Below are positions 13,346 to 26,120 of a DNA stretch of 64,000 bases, piece after piece. Source of the DNA: Phoronis australis (taxonomy: Eukaryota; Animalia; Phoronida); the NCBI GenBank assembly GCA_002633005.1, contig NMRA01000091.1, positions 260,445-324,444 on the forward strand, written 5' to 3'. Position 1 is the stretch's first letter, and the number at the start of each line of letters is the position of its first letter. Made by a program: the position numbers and the translations under genes. The notes beneath the pieces were generated by a model that was not told the DNA's origin, made no database searches, and saw only the letters and a program-made list of their open reading frames with translations.

Positions 13346-13503
13346 GTTGTGTTTTCCTATATCGATAAAAAAACTCTTGACGCATGCAACGCGTCAATTA
13401 CATGGCTGGTAAAGGTCTTGCTTGCTGTAGTGTCACTGTGTTTTATTTCCATGTTGTCATACTAAGTCGATTTCTTAGTTCCTGAACGAAGCTGCACAAC
13501 ATA

Positions 13504-13507
<4 letters not shown>

Positions 13508-13573
<66 letters not shown>
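13508..13573 (+). repeat. (CA)n microsatellite
   Basis: Direct reading. Confidence 0.97.
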
Positions 13574-13576
<3 letters not shown>

Positions 13577-14069
13577 CTTTGTGACATGCAGCAGTTGTAC
13601 TACTCTTTTTTGAAGGCGTGGACTTTAACACCCTGAAGGAGTCGTGTGGCTACAGTTCAATTGAAAAAAATCAAACCCATTCAGTTATGTTTGTTAGACT
13701 AAATTTCACAAAGAATCATGAAAAAAACGATGAAATATAATTAACAATCAACCCATCAGCTAATTCAGGGTCCGTCTTATTGATATGATTTCGTAACTTG
13801 AACCACTATTCTGGCCAATACAGGGAAAAAATGTGCGTTCAAGTAGCCTCTATTTAAGAAGAAAATGACGCTTAAACTCACCGGGTACGTCACCGTCGTC
13901 TGCCATTTTTGGTGCTTGGCAATTACCTCGCCCTGGATGCCGCACTAGACATCTCCACAAATTACTCATTTCAAAATACAGGGAATAAAATCAAATGAAA
14001 CATGCGTGCATGCACATGGAATTATAAACAACTCATACCATAAGTCTTGGAGACAATTCAGTCAAGATA

Positions 14070-14645
14070 ATTTGAACAAATCGTTGAAAATCCGTCGCGG
14101 TTTGCTGGAGTTTCTCTTACCGGATGCCATTTTGAGGAAGTTACGTGAAATCACGTATATGTTGACGAATAAAAAGTCCAAGGGATACAAATCTTATAAA
14201 TTTCACCTGATACCTTCTCATGCTATTTTGCAAGTGTCACGCGCTAGCATCACGCGCTTTGCTCAGTCTCGCGCGAGCCTTTGCCTAACTCACGTGACTC
14301 AGATGACATACTTTGTAGTTATCGCGCGCGTGGTGAAAAAGTTAACGGCAACCAAAAAGTGGAGTTGGAATTCTTCGCCAAAGTCACGTTAATTCTCACA
14401 ACTGAACTTCATCGAAGATATGTATAGAAGTAGAAAGGACCAATGATGAAAGTAAGCGCTTTTTAAATCATAATTTTAAATGTGGAATGTATTGTTGACG
14501 AGGTGAAAACTCAAAATCGGTGGCCGGATTTGACCTAACGCCCGTTTAAAATACATGTAACGAAATGCGTACAGAACTTGAAGCGAATGGAAGTTTTGTA
14601 GCCCCTAAATGGCCAACCGAGGGGCTACGTGTTGCCTATTTTGGT
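14070..14645 (+). repeat. Family D dispersed repeat
   Basis: Colinear with 54086-54600 (shared TGCCATTTTGAGGAAGTTA, GGAATTCTTCGC, CGAGGGGCTAC). Confidence 0.65.
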
Positions 14646-14869
14646 GTAAGCTCTCGTTCTCGATCGTGGGTTGGCCGGGATGACAATGCACACGTGCACA
14701 TCAACTGTCTTTCTCACCGCCGTAAGTGCCTGAGCCAAGGGAGCACAGCTTTTGAAGAACAAGCTTGACTCAAAGGGAGCCTGTTGATGCTCGTACACAA
14801 TAAATTTATTTTCAAAATTTTGTAGTGTAACAACAGTGAATCATCATCGTAACCCCAACCTTAGACCTA

Positions 14870-15075
14870 TTACTGCTGTCCAAGAGCATGCCAGAGATTT
14901 ACAGCACGTGACCAGATATGTAATGAGGACTTCAGTATTATAGTAAGTCTACACCCAAAGAAGTGAAAGCGCAGGCTACGAGAAGAAATTGAGATCTAAG
15001 TCCACAGACCAGTCACCTAGTCTTAACAAAGATCCTGGACTTCATCTACCTGCGGTGTATTCAGATCTGTTTCGG
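14870..15075 (+). pseudogene. Penelope-like GIY-YIG C-terminal fragment
   Basis: AVQEH...H and PSLNKDPGLHLPAVY motifs. Confidence 0.5.
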
Positions 15076-15669
15076 GATTTTATTCTACAACGACAGAGGG
15101 CGTACCCGCTGGTGAATGAAGTCCGTGAGGTATGGACAAAACGGGTGAACACGTACCACATCAAGGCACGGTTCTCTGGTTCCAAAAAATGATCTTCACT
15201 TAATATTTCGCTATATAAGTACCTTTTGCATTCATAGATACTCCTTATAATTTGTGCACAAGTATGCTTTTGTAATTTCTCGGTAGGCCTACGTGAACCC
15301 TGAATCCCAAAGGGTTCGGAGTAATGCTAAGTGCACGCAGACGACAAAATCAGTCAAACTCTTAAGTTTGAACTTTGCAAGGCCAATTCAGTGCTCACGC
15401 GCGGGGAAGCCTTGCTGACTATCGTTTATGAATATTTTTTTACGTTTTAACATTACAACTTCAAATCTATTAGATTCTAACTTGAATATTTGCTGCGGCG
15501 AAAGCTGAATGCAATTTACAATTGTTAAGCTTAAAATAAACCCATTAACAAAAAGTAACTGAATTAATTACTTTACATTGCGCAAGCGTGTTTTTACAAA
15601 AGTTGCGTCGTGTGGTTGAAAGTTTTAGACACGTCGAATTTTTCAGCAAAAAGATCGTTTTTACAGAAA

Positions 15670-15800
15670 GCAAATCCTACAATTGTCTCAGACTTATGAC
15701 ATGGACAAAACCTCTTGGTAATTTCGTCAAAATCCCGATGCAAGCCGAAATTTCCGAGAGGTTTTGCCCATGTCATAAACCTGAGACTCGCGTAGGATTC
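15670..15800. repeat. Inverted repeat/hairpin
   Basis: AATCCTAC..GTCTCAG.CTTATGACATGG.CAAAACCTCT.GG.AATTTCG and its reverse complement with a ~19-nt loop. Confidence 0.7.
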
Positions 15801-16621
15801 TCCATGTAACCCGAGGTTGATCTGGTAGAAACTTTGGAATTCCGGCCGCAGAAAGTAGTTCCGTTTTGGTCACGTGACGGTGGTTATTTTCACGGCTGTA
15901 TCAAGACGACAAAATATCAATCAACACGCGTTGATTAAAAAAACTGGCTAAACCACAATATTAGCGTCGAATGGCAGATACAACCGTGTACTAACCCATT
16001 TAGTTATCTCACTAGTAAGATATCATTTTGGCGGAAAACCGAGGCCAGTTTCGAGTCGCCGACTTTACCACTACACCACTCAGCGGCTGACGTCATCGAA
16101 CGTGAAAATAGAACTTAAATGAGCACGCGCAACAATCGCATGTTCAGCAAATGGCATTACACCGACATTTATACGCTATGAAATTTAAGACGCATAATTT
16201 CCATAAAAACGACATCTTAATTCAGTGAAATTTTTCTCTCGTGTTCTCACACTTGTAAATCACCGATCTCCAATTTGAATGCGGGTATCGTGTCGTCGGA
16301 ATCCTTTGACTTCAGCATTATACTCAGTTACTAATGGTAACCTACTTTGGCAGACGATATTTTCCCGGTCGAAGCTTTGCGTGATAAAATGTGTAGTAAG
16401 CTATAATAGTTGCTAAACCTTAATTTATAGATTCACTTTATTTCTATTTTGTTTAAATTTTCAATTGGTTTTGAGTAAAAGCTATTAATTGACAAAAATA
16501 GTCTTAAACGGTCACGACCTCCGACCCCGGGCTCTGACATAGAAAGTAGTTACAAAGCCGAGGCGAGTCGAGAAAGGTAGATCGATTCATTGCAATGTTT
16601 CTCGTTCAGTATGTGGTATAA

Positions 16622-16787
16622 ATAGATTATTACATGTTCTCAGTCGTTATCCCCCTTATCTAGAGCCCTCGTGGATTTTGTAGAATTATCACTCTCGGGG
16701 CTAACGCCCCTCGGGCGATAATTCTCCAAAATCCACTCGGGCACTAGATAACGGGGAATAACGACTTCGCGATGTAGTAATCTATAT
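16622..16787. mobile_element. ~165-bp hairpin MITE downstream of tubulin
   Basis: Near-complete palindrome ATAGATTATTACAT...ATGTAGTAATCTAT with a tiny loop and TA-rich flanks. Confidence 0.75.
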
Positions 16788-16901
16788 ATATTCAACGGTT
16801 GTAATGACCATGTCAGGCTGATAATGTGGTATTACTCAACGGCTGTCTTCGTTTCGAAGTTTGATTGAGACAAATTCTTCGAGTCGAGAATGATATAACA
16901 A

Positions 16902-16907
16902 TTTATT
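16902..16907 (-). terminator. Polyadenylation signal of alpha-tubulin
   Basis: AATAAA on the minus strand ~140 nt after the stop codon. Confidence 0.6.
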
Positions 16908-17043
16908 CGTTTTCTTAGAACAACATTCGCCGTTTGGGCAAACATGCAAGAGAAACTTAAACTAATTAAAATTCGCCTTTGGGGCAAAAGTACGAAAGAA
17001 AGTTAACTAAAATGCGTCTTAATGAGTTGTGAAGCGTCAACAG

Positions 17044-18216
<1,173 letters not shown>

Positions 18217-19119
18217 TTATTTACGGCCCACCGAATACTAAAAAATCAGCTCACCGTAAGCCCAGTCGTGACTTAGACCGTATGTTATTGCAAACGCGAC
18301 CCTGGTATTTTAGAAGAGCGAAAACTTTCCACCTCAAGGAAAGTTGATAAATTTTCGTAGTAGTTGTGAGCAAAATCAGTTATGACCTTAGCTGAGACCG
18401 CAACACATTTGCCAGGCCCGTTCAAATGTTCTAGATTCCTACACAACCAGCCAAATAAGGCAGTCTCAGAAAATGACCTACTTGGTCTACCTCAGCTAAT
18501 ACTGTACGTTATAAAATTTTCGATTGAGCACGTGCGTTTGACAACACGAGAGGCCAAATGCTCGATGTATTCTTGCGTGGTTGACAAACGAGGGAGCAAA
18601 TTTTAGGAGTATCTGAGCCAAGAAAATAGTTGAGAAATGTTCAATCGATCATCCGCAATTCAAGGTCAGAATTATTCAGGACTAGTTAAACGCTGTTTCC
18701 TAAGTATATAAGTGATGTTCCGAGTATCAGCCAATCAAATGCGCATAAATAAAATTTCGTGGATTAACCGTTTGAATACGGCGTGCAGTGCTGTCAAAGC
18801 TGAATGGTCATAGCAGAGGTAAGAAATCTGGTGCATAGATTGTATGGTTTTACGCATGTTAAAAATATTTCTAGTACCTTAAAATTCCGTTAGAAAAGAT
18901 TCGTATTTGGGGGATTTTCATTGCACAATCAGGTATTATAGCATGTAGCGTACACGATAACGTCACATGGGAATGGATGAACATTGTAGCGAACGAGCTT
19001 GAAACGGAAGACATTCATCAAATAAAAATTTTAGCTAAATTCAAATTTGTGATCACGTGAATACAGCTATACATACACATGTCATGTACGTTTATACAAT
19101 AGATACATAAATACATACG

Positions 19120-20436
19120 CAGTGGCGGATCTAGGATATCACAAGGGGGGCCCAACATTTTGCCCGGCTGGAAGCATTTGCGCAAACTGAACCACGATTG
19201 TAGATGCGCATAGCACCGAATGGGGGGAGAAATTTTTCTGTTTTTACCTCTAAAAATCAAGCATTTTCCTTGATTCCTGAAGTATTATCCAAGAAAAAAA
19301 GGCAAAAAAACNNNNNNNNNNNNNNNNNNNNNNNNNNNNNNNNNNNNNNNNNNNNNNNNNNNNNNNNNNNNNNNNNNNNNNNNNNNNNNNNNNNNNNNNN
19401 NNNNNNNNNNNNNNNNNNNNNNNNNNNNNNNNNNNNNNNNNNNNNNNNNNNNNNNNNNNNNNNNNNNNNNNNNNNNNNNNNNNNNNNNNNNNNNNNNNNN
19501 NNNNNNNNNNNNNNNNNNNNNNNNNNNNNNNNNNNNNNNNNNNNNNNNNNNNNNNNNNNNNNNNNNNNNNNNNNNNNNNNNNNNNNNNNNNNNNNNNNNN
19601 NNNNNNNNNNNNNNNNNNNNNNNNNNNNNNNNNNNNNNNNNNNNNNNNNNNNNNNNNNNNNNNNNNNNNNNNNNNNNNNNNNNNNNNNNNNNNNNNNNNN
19701 NNNNNNNNNNNNNNNNNNNNNNNNNNNNNNNNNNNNNNNNNNNNNNNNNNNNNNNNNNNNNNNNNNNNNNNNNNNNNNNNNNNNNNNNNNNNNNNNNNNN
19801 NNNNNNNNNNNNNNNNNNNNNNNNNNNNNNNNNNNNNNNNNNNNNNNNNNNNNNNNNNNNNNNNNNNNNNNNNNNNNNNNNNNNNNNNNNNNNNNNNNNN
19901 NNNNNNNNNNNNNNNNNNNNNNNNNNNNNNNNNNNNNNNNNNNNNNNNNNNNNNNNNNNNNNNNNNNNNNNNNNNNNNNNNNNNNNNNNNNNNNNNNNNN
20001 NNNNNNNNNNNNNNNNNNNNNNNNNNNNNNNNNNNNNNNNNNNNNNNNNNNNNNNNNNNNNNNNNNNNNNNNNNNNNNNNNNNNNNNNNNNNNNNNNNNN
20101 NNNNNNNNNNNNNNNNNNNNNNNNNNNNNNNNNNNNNNNNNNNNNNNNNNNNNNNNNNNNNNNNNNNNNNNNNNNNNNNNNNNNNNNNNNNNNNNNNNNN
20201 NNNNNNNNNNNNNNNNNNNNNNNNNNNNNNNNNNNNNNNNNNNNNNNNNNNNNNNNNNNNNNNNNNNNNNNNNNNNNNNNNNNNNNNNNNNNNNNNNNTT
20301 TTTTCATCCGTATAATTTTAATTACCGGGGTTAATTAATAAACTCACCATTTCCCTACGCTCTTACTGTTTTATTTTTTTGCGGCAGCCAAGGGGGGGGG
20401 CCGGGCCCCCTGGGCACCTCCCTAAATCCGCCTATG
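19120..20436 (+). mobile_element. Family A copy in tubulin intron 2, spanning the assembly gap
   Basis: Both termini present; flanks ATACG/ATACA (5-bp TSD with one mismatch). Confidence 0.85.
19312..20298. other. Assembly gap
   Basis: N run inside a family A copy. Confidence 0.99.
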
Positions 20437-20888
20437 ATACATGTAGACCTCGAAGTTTTATCACTGTAGTAGTTTTTATTGATTGATGTCAGATTTCGAT
20501 TCACTAGATTTTTACCCACATCGTTCCAAAACTCTATACATACGTTAACACAGCTTTGTACCACACTGACTATTGTGAACTGTATATGATTTAAGAACCG
20601 GAGAAAGAGGAATCGGCAAATAAGCGAATCTCTAGGTCTAATGAGCGGCAGTTTAACGGCAAAATTTTGTACCGGTAAAGTCGAGTTGGTTTACTAGTAA
20701 AGAAAGTTTTTAAAGACCATAATTTAACAAATTTTAAAGTTTATTTCCCTCATTCTTTACCCAGATCGTTACAAAGCTGTACCAACGCCACCTCCCTACT
20801 GCCCCTTAGAATATTTCTGTTTGTTATTTTTATGGGAATTGCGCGCTACATTGAAACTTGTGGGATAAAGAACCTACGGCACGCGTAC

Positions 20889-21111
20889 CAACAACAGTGG
20901 GCTCCAAATCGACGAACACAGCACGTGGGACGTGCTTGCCGGCGCCAGTCTCACTAAAGAAGGTGTTGAACGAATCGTCGCCACCTCCGATGGTTTTGTC
21001 CGACGGCATCTGTCCATCCGGCTGGATGCCGTGTTCCAGACAATACAACTCCCAGCAGGCGTTACCAATTTGGACGCCAGCCTGTCCCACGTGGATACTG
21101 ATGCACTCACG
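20889..21111 (-). CDS. TUBA: Alpha-tubulin coding exon 2 ([24 protein letters not shown]...DLEPTVV)
   Basis: tatag| acceptor, 223 nt, |GTACGC donor; completes the MREC N-terminus and contains the K40 loop ([15 protein letters not shown]). Confidence 0.97.
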
Positions 21112-21599
21112 CTATATAAAGAAATGGAATGTTGAATAAAATATTAGTATTGCAGCGTTTTTGATGAACTCGATAAAATCGAACATACTTATTGTCTAGT
21201 ACAACCAGACTCCGTAATCGTAACCACTTGTGACATGAAATTAGCATTTTCCTTTATGTGAAAACGGACCAGTTCTACCAATCTCTTTTCAAAGTGCCAA
21301 AAAACGTCATTTTTTCCGCACTATTTTACAGCCAGACTTGACCAGAATCGTTCACTTGATGATACAAGCGTGCAATTTGGCATGAATGTAGTTGAAAAAA
21401 ATTATGGAAATATAATTTATACATTATTTTATCAAAATAATGTGAAAATGTGTTGAAATGGTAGGCTATGCAACGCCTATGGCATGGGAGGCACAGTAGC
21501 CAATGCTGTTAAAAATGAAAGGGGTGGTGTAAATGCGTTTACGTTCGGTTCTATCTACACTAACGAATCCAACGAAACAACTACGTGTATGTAACTTAC

Positions 21600-21602
21600 C
21601 AT
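21600..21602 (-). CDS. TUBA: Alpha-tubulin coding exon 1 (ATG only)
   Basis: Minus strand reads tccaagtc-ATG|GTAAGTTAC: ATG followed directly by a consensus donor, the classic metazoan alpha-tubulin first intron position. Confidence 0.9.
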
Positions 21603-21716
21603 GACTTGGATTCAGGAGACGAATAAACTTTCAATAAAACGGCTAAGAGCAAAGTTCTCACAAATGACTTCTATGGTCGACGCGAGACTACTGGCCTGCT
21701 TTCCCGCTTTTTTGCA

Positions 21717-21766
21717 TTTTTATAGAGAGTCGGGCTCAATGAATATAGAACGCGGCATGTGATTGG
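21717..21766 (-). promoter_or_regulatory. Alpha-tubulin core promoter: TATA box and CCAAT box
   Basis: Minus strand TATAAAAA at 21724-21717 and CCAATC at 21766-21761, about 115-165 nt upstream of the ATG. Confidence 0.65.
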
Positions 21767-21917
21767 TAAAATGCACAGTTACGTAGCTTTTCACGAGCTA
21801 TAATCGCACGCGAAACTATTTTTGGAATCGCGCAGCTCGTAGACTTAGATGGTGCGCTACGGTGGCTGAGAAAAGACAGAAATTGTATTTTTTTAACTCG
21901 AGCTCTGTAATAATAAT

Positions 21918-22620
21918 AGCCTTGGTACAAAGCTGTATACTAAATATATAACTTTGCGCCGATGTGGGTAAAAAAGTGGTAAGATAAAATCTAACACAAA
22001 ATTAGTGTCATTAAAAACTACAGTCTTCCTTGACTTAACTAAATTATTTAACGGTGTTCGAAAAAATGGCGTTCTACCGTTATTGTGCTGCTGAAGTTGT
22101 GGAGCGATCTTTAGCGACGGGTTTCGGCGCCATGAAATATTGCGTCACCTGTTGGCCACTTTCTTTTTTCGCCGATTCTTCAATCACTGACACTGTTTTT
22201 CTTTCACGAGGATGCGTACACGTCCAACAAATTATCAGAACTGGTTTCACTTCATTATAAGTTTTTAGACTTTTGATACCGAAAAACCGAATTTCAGAAG
22301 AAATTTGCTGCTGCCAAGCTATCATTATCTCCTCAAAGATGTCGCAAAAATTGAGGAAGTGGCGCGCCTGCGCGTGTCACAAGCGTACTGTTCAATATAC
22401 GACGACATAACATTTCTTTGTAAGAAAAGGCGGAGGATTACGCAAGAAAATGACGTATATTAAATTATTTTTCACTTCAACGGCTGTAACGGGCAAGGTG
22501 AGTGTCGTTTGATTCCCAGATTTTGCATGCACCCCGTCTGGTCTTTAGCTCTACGTGTTGATACAGGATTCACGGCGAGGTTACGAGCAGAACTACCATG
22601 GCTGTGTGCAATTTCGGGGT
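21918..22620 (+). mobile_element. Family C dispersed repeat
   Basis: Similar to 33750-34140, 36150-36540, 54597-54882 + 57190-57335, inverted 57370-58330 and a remnant at 20455-20565. Confidence 0.7.
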
Positions 22621-23729
22621 CTATGGAAGAAAAACACATAATGGTACCTAGTTGTGTATTATGACGATAGTCTTCATACAGCTACTAGGATGGCTATGTA
22701 ATATAATGAGGCTATGCCGTCCACGACGTTCTAGTCCAGGTCTTTAGAACCTTAAGTACCGTTACATGCAGTCACTGATATCTCTGTCTTTAGCAGAGCT
22801 TATCAGGTATTAAGCAAGAATTGCCCCAAGGTATAGCAAATTAGCTTATCGCAGGCAGATGCTAGAATTGCTCCAACTGTTGGCCAAATTAGCTTATCCA
22901 AAGGCAGATGCAAGCACGAGAAGGGTCCATCGCACGATGTCACCTAGAATAGTATTTCAGGCGCTGGCTTTCGAGGCAGAGTCAGTGAGACCACGGCAGA
23001 ACAAGGCAACGGTATAGTGTCGAACCAGTCTACAAAAGACCAAGAATCACCGTGATCAAGGCTAGACGAGCACATGAGGGCGAAGGAGACGCTGACGGAC
23101 AAGTAGAAGACTGACACAACTTGAGGTGTAGACATTTTGACTCGGTTGTTGGTCTCAGCCTGTTAGTTAATTTGAACAAGTCTAGCGATTGATCTAGAGG
23201 GTTAGTTCTGTTGTGACTCTTGAGGTGTCAAGGCGTGTGGTATAGTTAAGGGTGACTAGTGCCATTGTAGATTACTACCTTTTCTGTTCTACATGAAAAG
23301 ACTTTTTTCATGATCTCTCGTGCAAAAGAGGTGCTAAAAGCGTTTCAAAGCACTGTGCTTAAAACGCAGTATCTGAAAGCCTCAGGTCTGGAACTCAGTA
23401 TACATTTTTAAAATATGTTTCCATGACACTTTCCCAGGATCACACGTAACCTTAGATGAAAGGCTGTAACATTAAAAACATGGAGGATAGTCAGTTAATT
23501 ACATCATCTTTTTTCTAGGTAAATATTTTATTTCTCAAAAGAAAGAAAATAACAGCAAATGCCAACTAATAAATATCCAGCAATGGAAAAGGTAAAACAT
23601 TCAAACACCCACGCACACTTCCCAAATTATACGTATTCCAGTAAATAAGTATTTACATAGGGCCTGCCAAAAGGTGAAATTGAGAGTTTTTTTAAACTGA
23701 TGATCAGCTTTCGCCTTACTTTGATATAA

Positions 23730-24140
23730 TGTTACAAGGAATATAAAACATTTTCAAATGTAGGCCTGTTGTGATCCAAAGATGACTGAAATATAAAGTA
23801 CTGGCATAAAGTTAATACAGAATTAACCTCTTCAAAGTTAGGTCCAAAATACACGTTAAAAATGTTAGTCTTTACTAAATCTATGGGTTGTTTAGTTATA
23901 TTTCTTAACAAAGCGTGGACTTTTGACCACAGCGCCTGTGCAAGCGAAAATTTCACGAAACAAATTATCAAAAGTTTCAACAGCATTGCAGGACAAACTA
24001 TCGTGTCTTACAATCTTTCTTTTTCAAGAGATACTTTGTGTAAACTTTTCCATGCACAAAACAATGTTTAAAAGTTTTAACTTTGGGAAGGAGTACAAGT
24101 CTGAATGGCAACATGTAAATCTTTCCAATTTGTTGTTATG
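23730..24140 (-). pseudogene. 3' relic of a LINE (L1/Tx1-like RT zinc-binding region)
   Basis: Frameshifted KVKTFKHCFVHG...C..VETFDNLF...ALWSKV..N.VLTLCQYFIF pattern. Confidence 0.4.
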
Positions 24141-24674
24141 AATAAATATAACTTAATCTGTGTTCTGCATCAGGTTGTGAAATCGTTTTATGTAAAAGGT
24201 AATTTTTAATTGACTGTGTACTAACCTGGCTGTACTGGGAGTCACCGGGTGGCATAACATAAATAGTTGCGCGATTTCATAATTGGAGACCTCACAGTGA
24301 TTGGCGCGCTCCTCATGAAGAAACCGGAAAGGGCGGCCATGGATGCCGTCAACGGGTTTCTTGCTAGGACTGGGGCCCTAAATATGAAATGATGTGTAAT
24401 TTCGTAGGACTTTATTATCCCTTGCCAGAGAGGAGTCCCAGGATAAATGCAACTTTCCTTGGTCTCTTTCGAAGAGCGCGTTTTTACGGGCATTTAGACG
24501 ATCTCTATACAATCTGGAACATAGACATACAGAACTTCCCGGGCACAAGTTATCGTTCGGAGGCCCTTCGTATATGCGCATGTGCGAACTTCAATCATGT
24601 TCAGCACAGACACACGGTGTAGTCAGTGGTCTCCTTGTCGCATGTTCACGGTTAGCTAAGGTATTTGTTCAAGA

Positions 24675-24826
24675 CATGGGCGGAGCAGCACTGAAAAATG
24701 TGGGGAGCTAAAGCTCCCTCAGCCCCCCCCCCCCTTGTGGTGCACCGCCTATAGATCATGTGCGGCGTGGCACTGAAAAAAGTGGGCTATAGCCCCCATC
24801 CAGCCCCCTATGGTGCACAGCCCATG
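24675..24826. mobile_element. 152-bp dimeric MITE with 5-bp TSD
   Basis: Termini CATGGGC / GCCCATG; TSD CAAGA; two internal similar units (GCACTGAAAAA..GTGG...GGTGCAC). Confidence 0.75.
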
Positions 24827-25753
24827 CAAGAGATAGATAAAACATAGCTTCAGCAAAACGGGTCTCAAAAGTTGTTTGCGATTTTCACTGTTAATCCTAT
24901 AGTCTGCTTTTTCGTGTAGGCCAACTAAAACTAATTCACGGGACACCGAGGCCGGTGTGAGCTCATGCTACTTCAGTGTTTGCTGACAGAATTAGCTGTT
25001 GTGACTGAAACAACTCGATTTCTATCCCACGGCCAAGTGTTAGGGGAATCTTTATTTACATTTACATTATTCAAATAATGATTGTCAATGTACAACTTCT
25101 GCCGTGACGGTTCTATGGCCAAAGCGGAACCTGAATTTGCGTCCCCCCGGGCGACGAGTAAGTAGATTTGCAGTTTCGTTGCTAATTCACCAACATAATC
25201 ACGTGCACTTTACTTCTTTGGCTCACTAGTATTTCTTGACTGGAAGTTTAGTTTCTAACTTGGGATGGTTTATGTTTGTGATGTCTGATCGGCTTCTGAG
25301 CCACTCAGGCCGCCGGGGATCGAGTTAGTCGGCGGTCCCCCGACGGGACTGATCCGCTTCGAGCCACTGGCCAGGATAACAAGCGTTTTGTGTGTTTAGA
25401 ACTAAAAAAATCACAAATCTAAACAACGCAGATCTAGGTTCTCCTGTCTGTATGTCACGGAAAAATACTCAAAAAAGCCCATTTCCAAAATAAAATTCAA
25501 TCATAAGCCAGTACGAGCTAAATCATTTTATTCCATGTTGAAACAGAACGGTAAAGTTTATGGTATAACGTGAAGCACAACATTATTTTCTTACAAACAT
25601 TGAATACACTCTTTTATCTCTGAACATGCAGTCTTGGTAACGGAGTACCTTTGTTGCTATCCGTTATCCTATATTGCTCTACCCAAAAAATCGATTGCAC
25701 GGCAGAATCTTTAGACAGTTGCAATCAGTAACTGCGATTTTATAATCAGTTAA

Positions 25754-26120
25754 AACGGAATTCAACCCTTAGCTTGCAGTAAAAAAGTGTTGATTAAGGC
25801 CTCTTACGGCTGTAAAACTGGCATTGTCTTATTCCTTAACCAGTTTAGAAGTGATCTTTGGGGTCCAGAAGAACTGAATGTGACCTGAAATTTAGTATGA
25901 GCTTGGTCTGAATAGGACTGAACTGTCACAGTTCGTTATGTGACCTGAAATTTACTATGAACTTGGTCTGAATAGGACTGAACTGTGACTGTTCTTTCCA
26001 AGCCCAGAAATCCCACGAGTTGAGACTGATTAGAGAACAGTTTGAGACTAATTTCACCACAACGGCAAGTGACCTAAATCAAAAACTGATTTTGACAGAA
26101 AGCTTTGGTTTAATGCCGCT
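25754..26120. mobile_element. Probable Kolobok-like MITE with internal 60-bp tandem duplication
   Basis: TTAA flanks; imperfect TIR AACGGAATTCAACC / GGTTTAATGCCGCT; direct repeat at 25878-25987. Confidence 0.5.

Noticed and set aside
19204-20334. 376-aa and 340-aa ORFs
   Set aside because: Artefacts of the N gap
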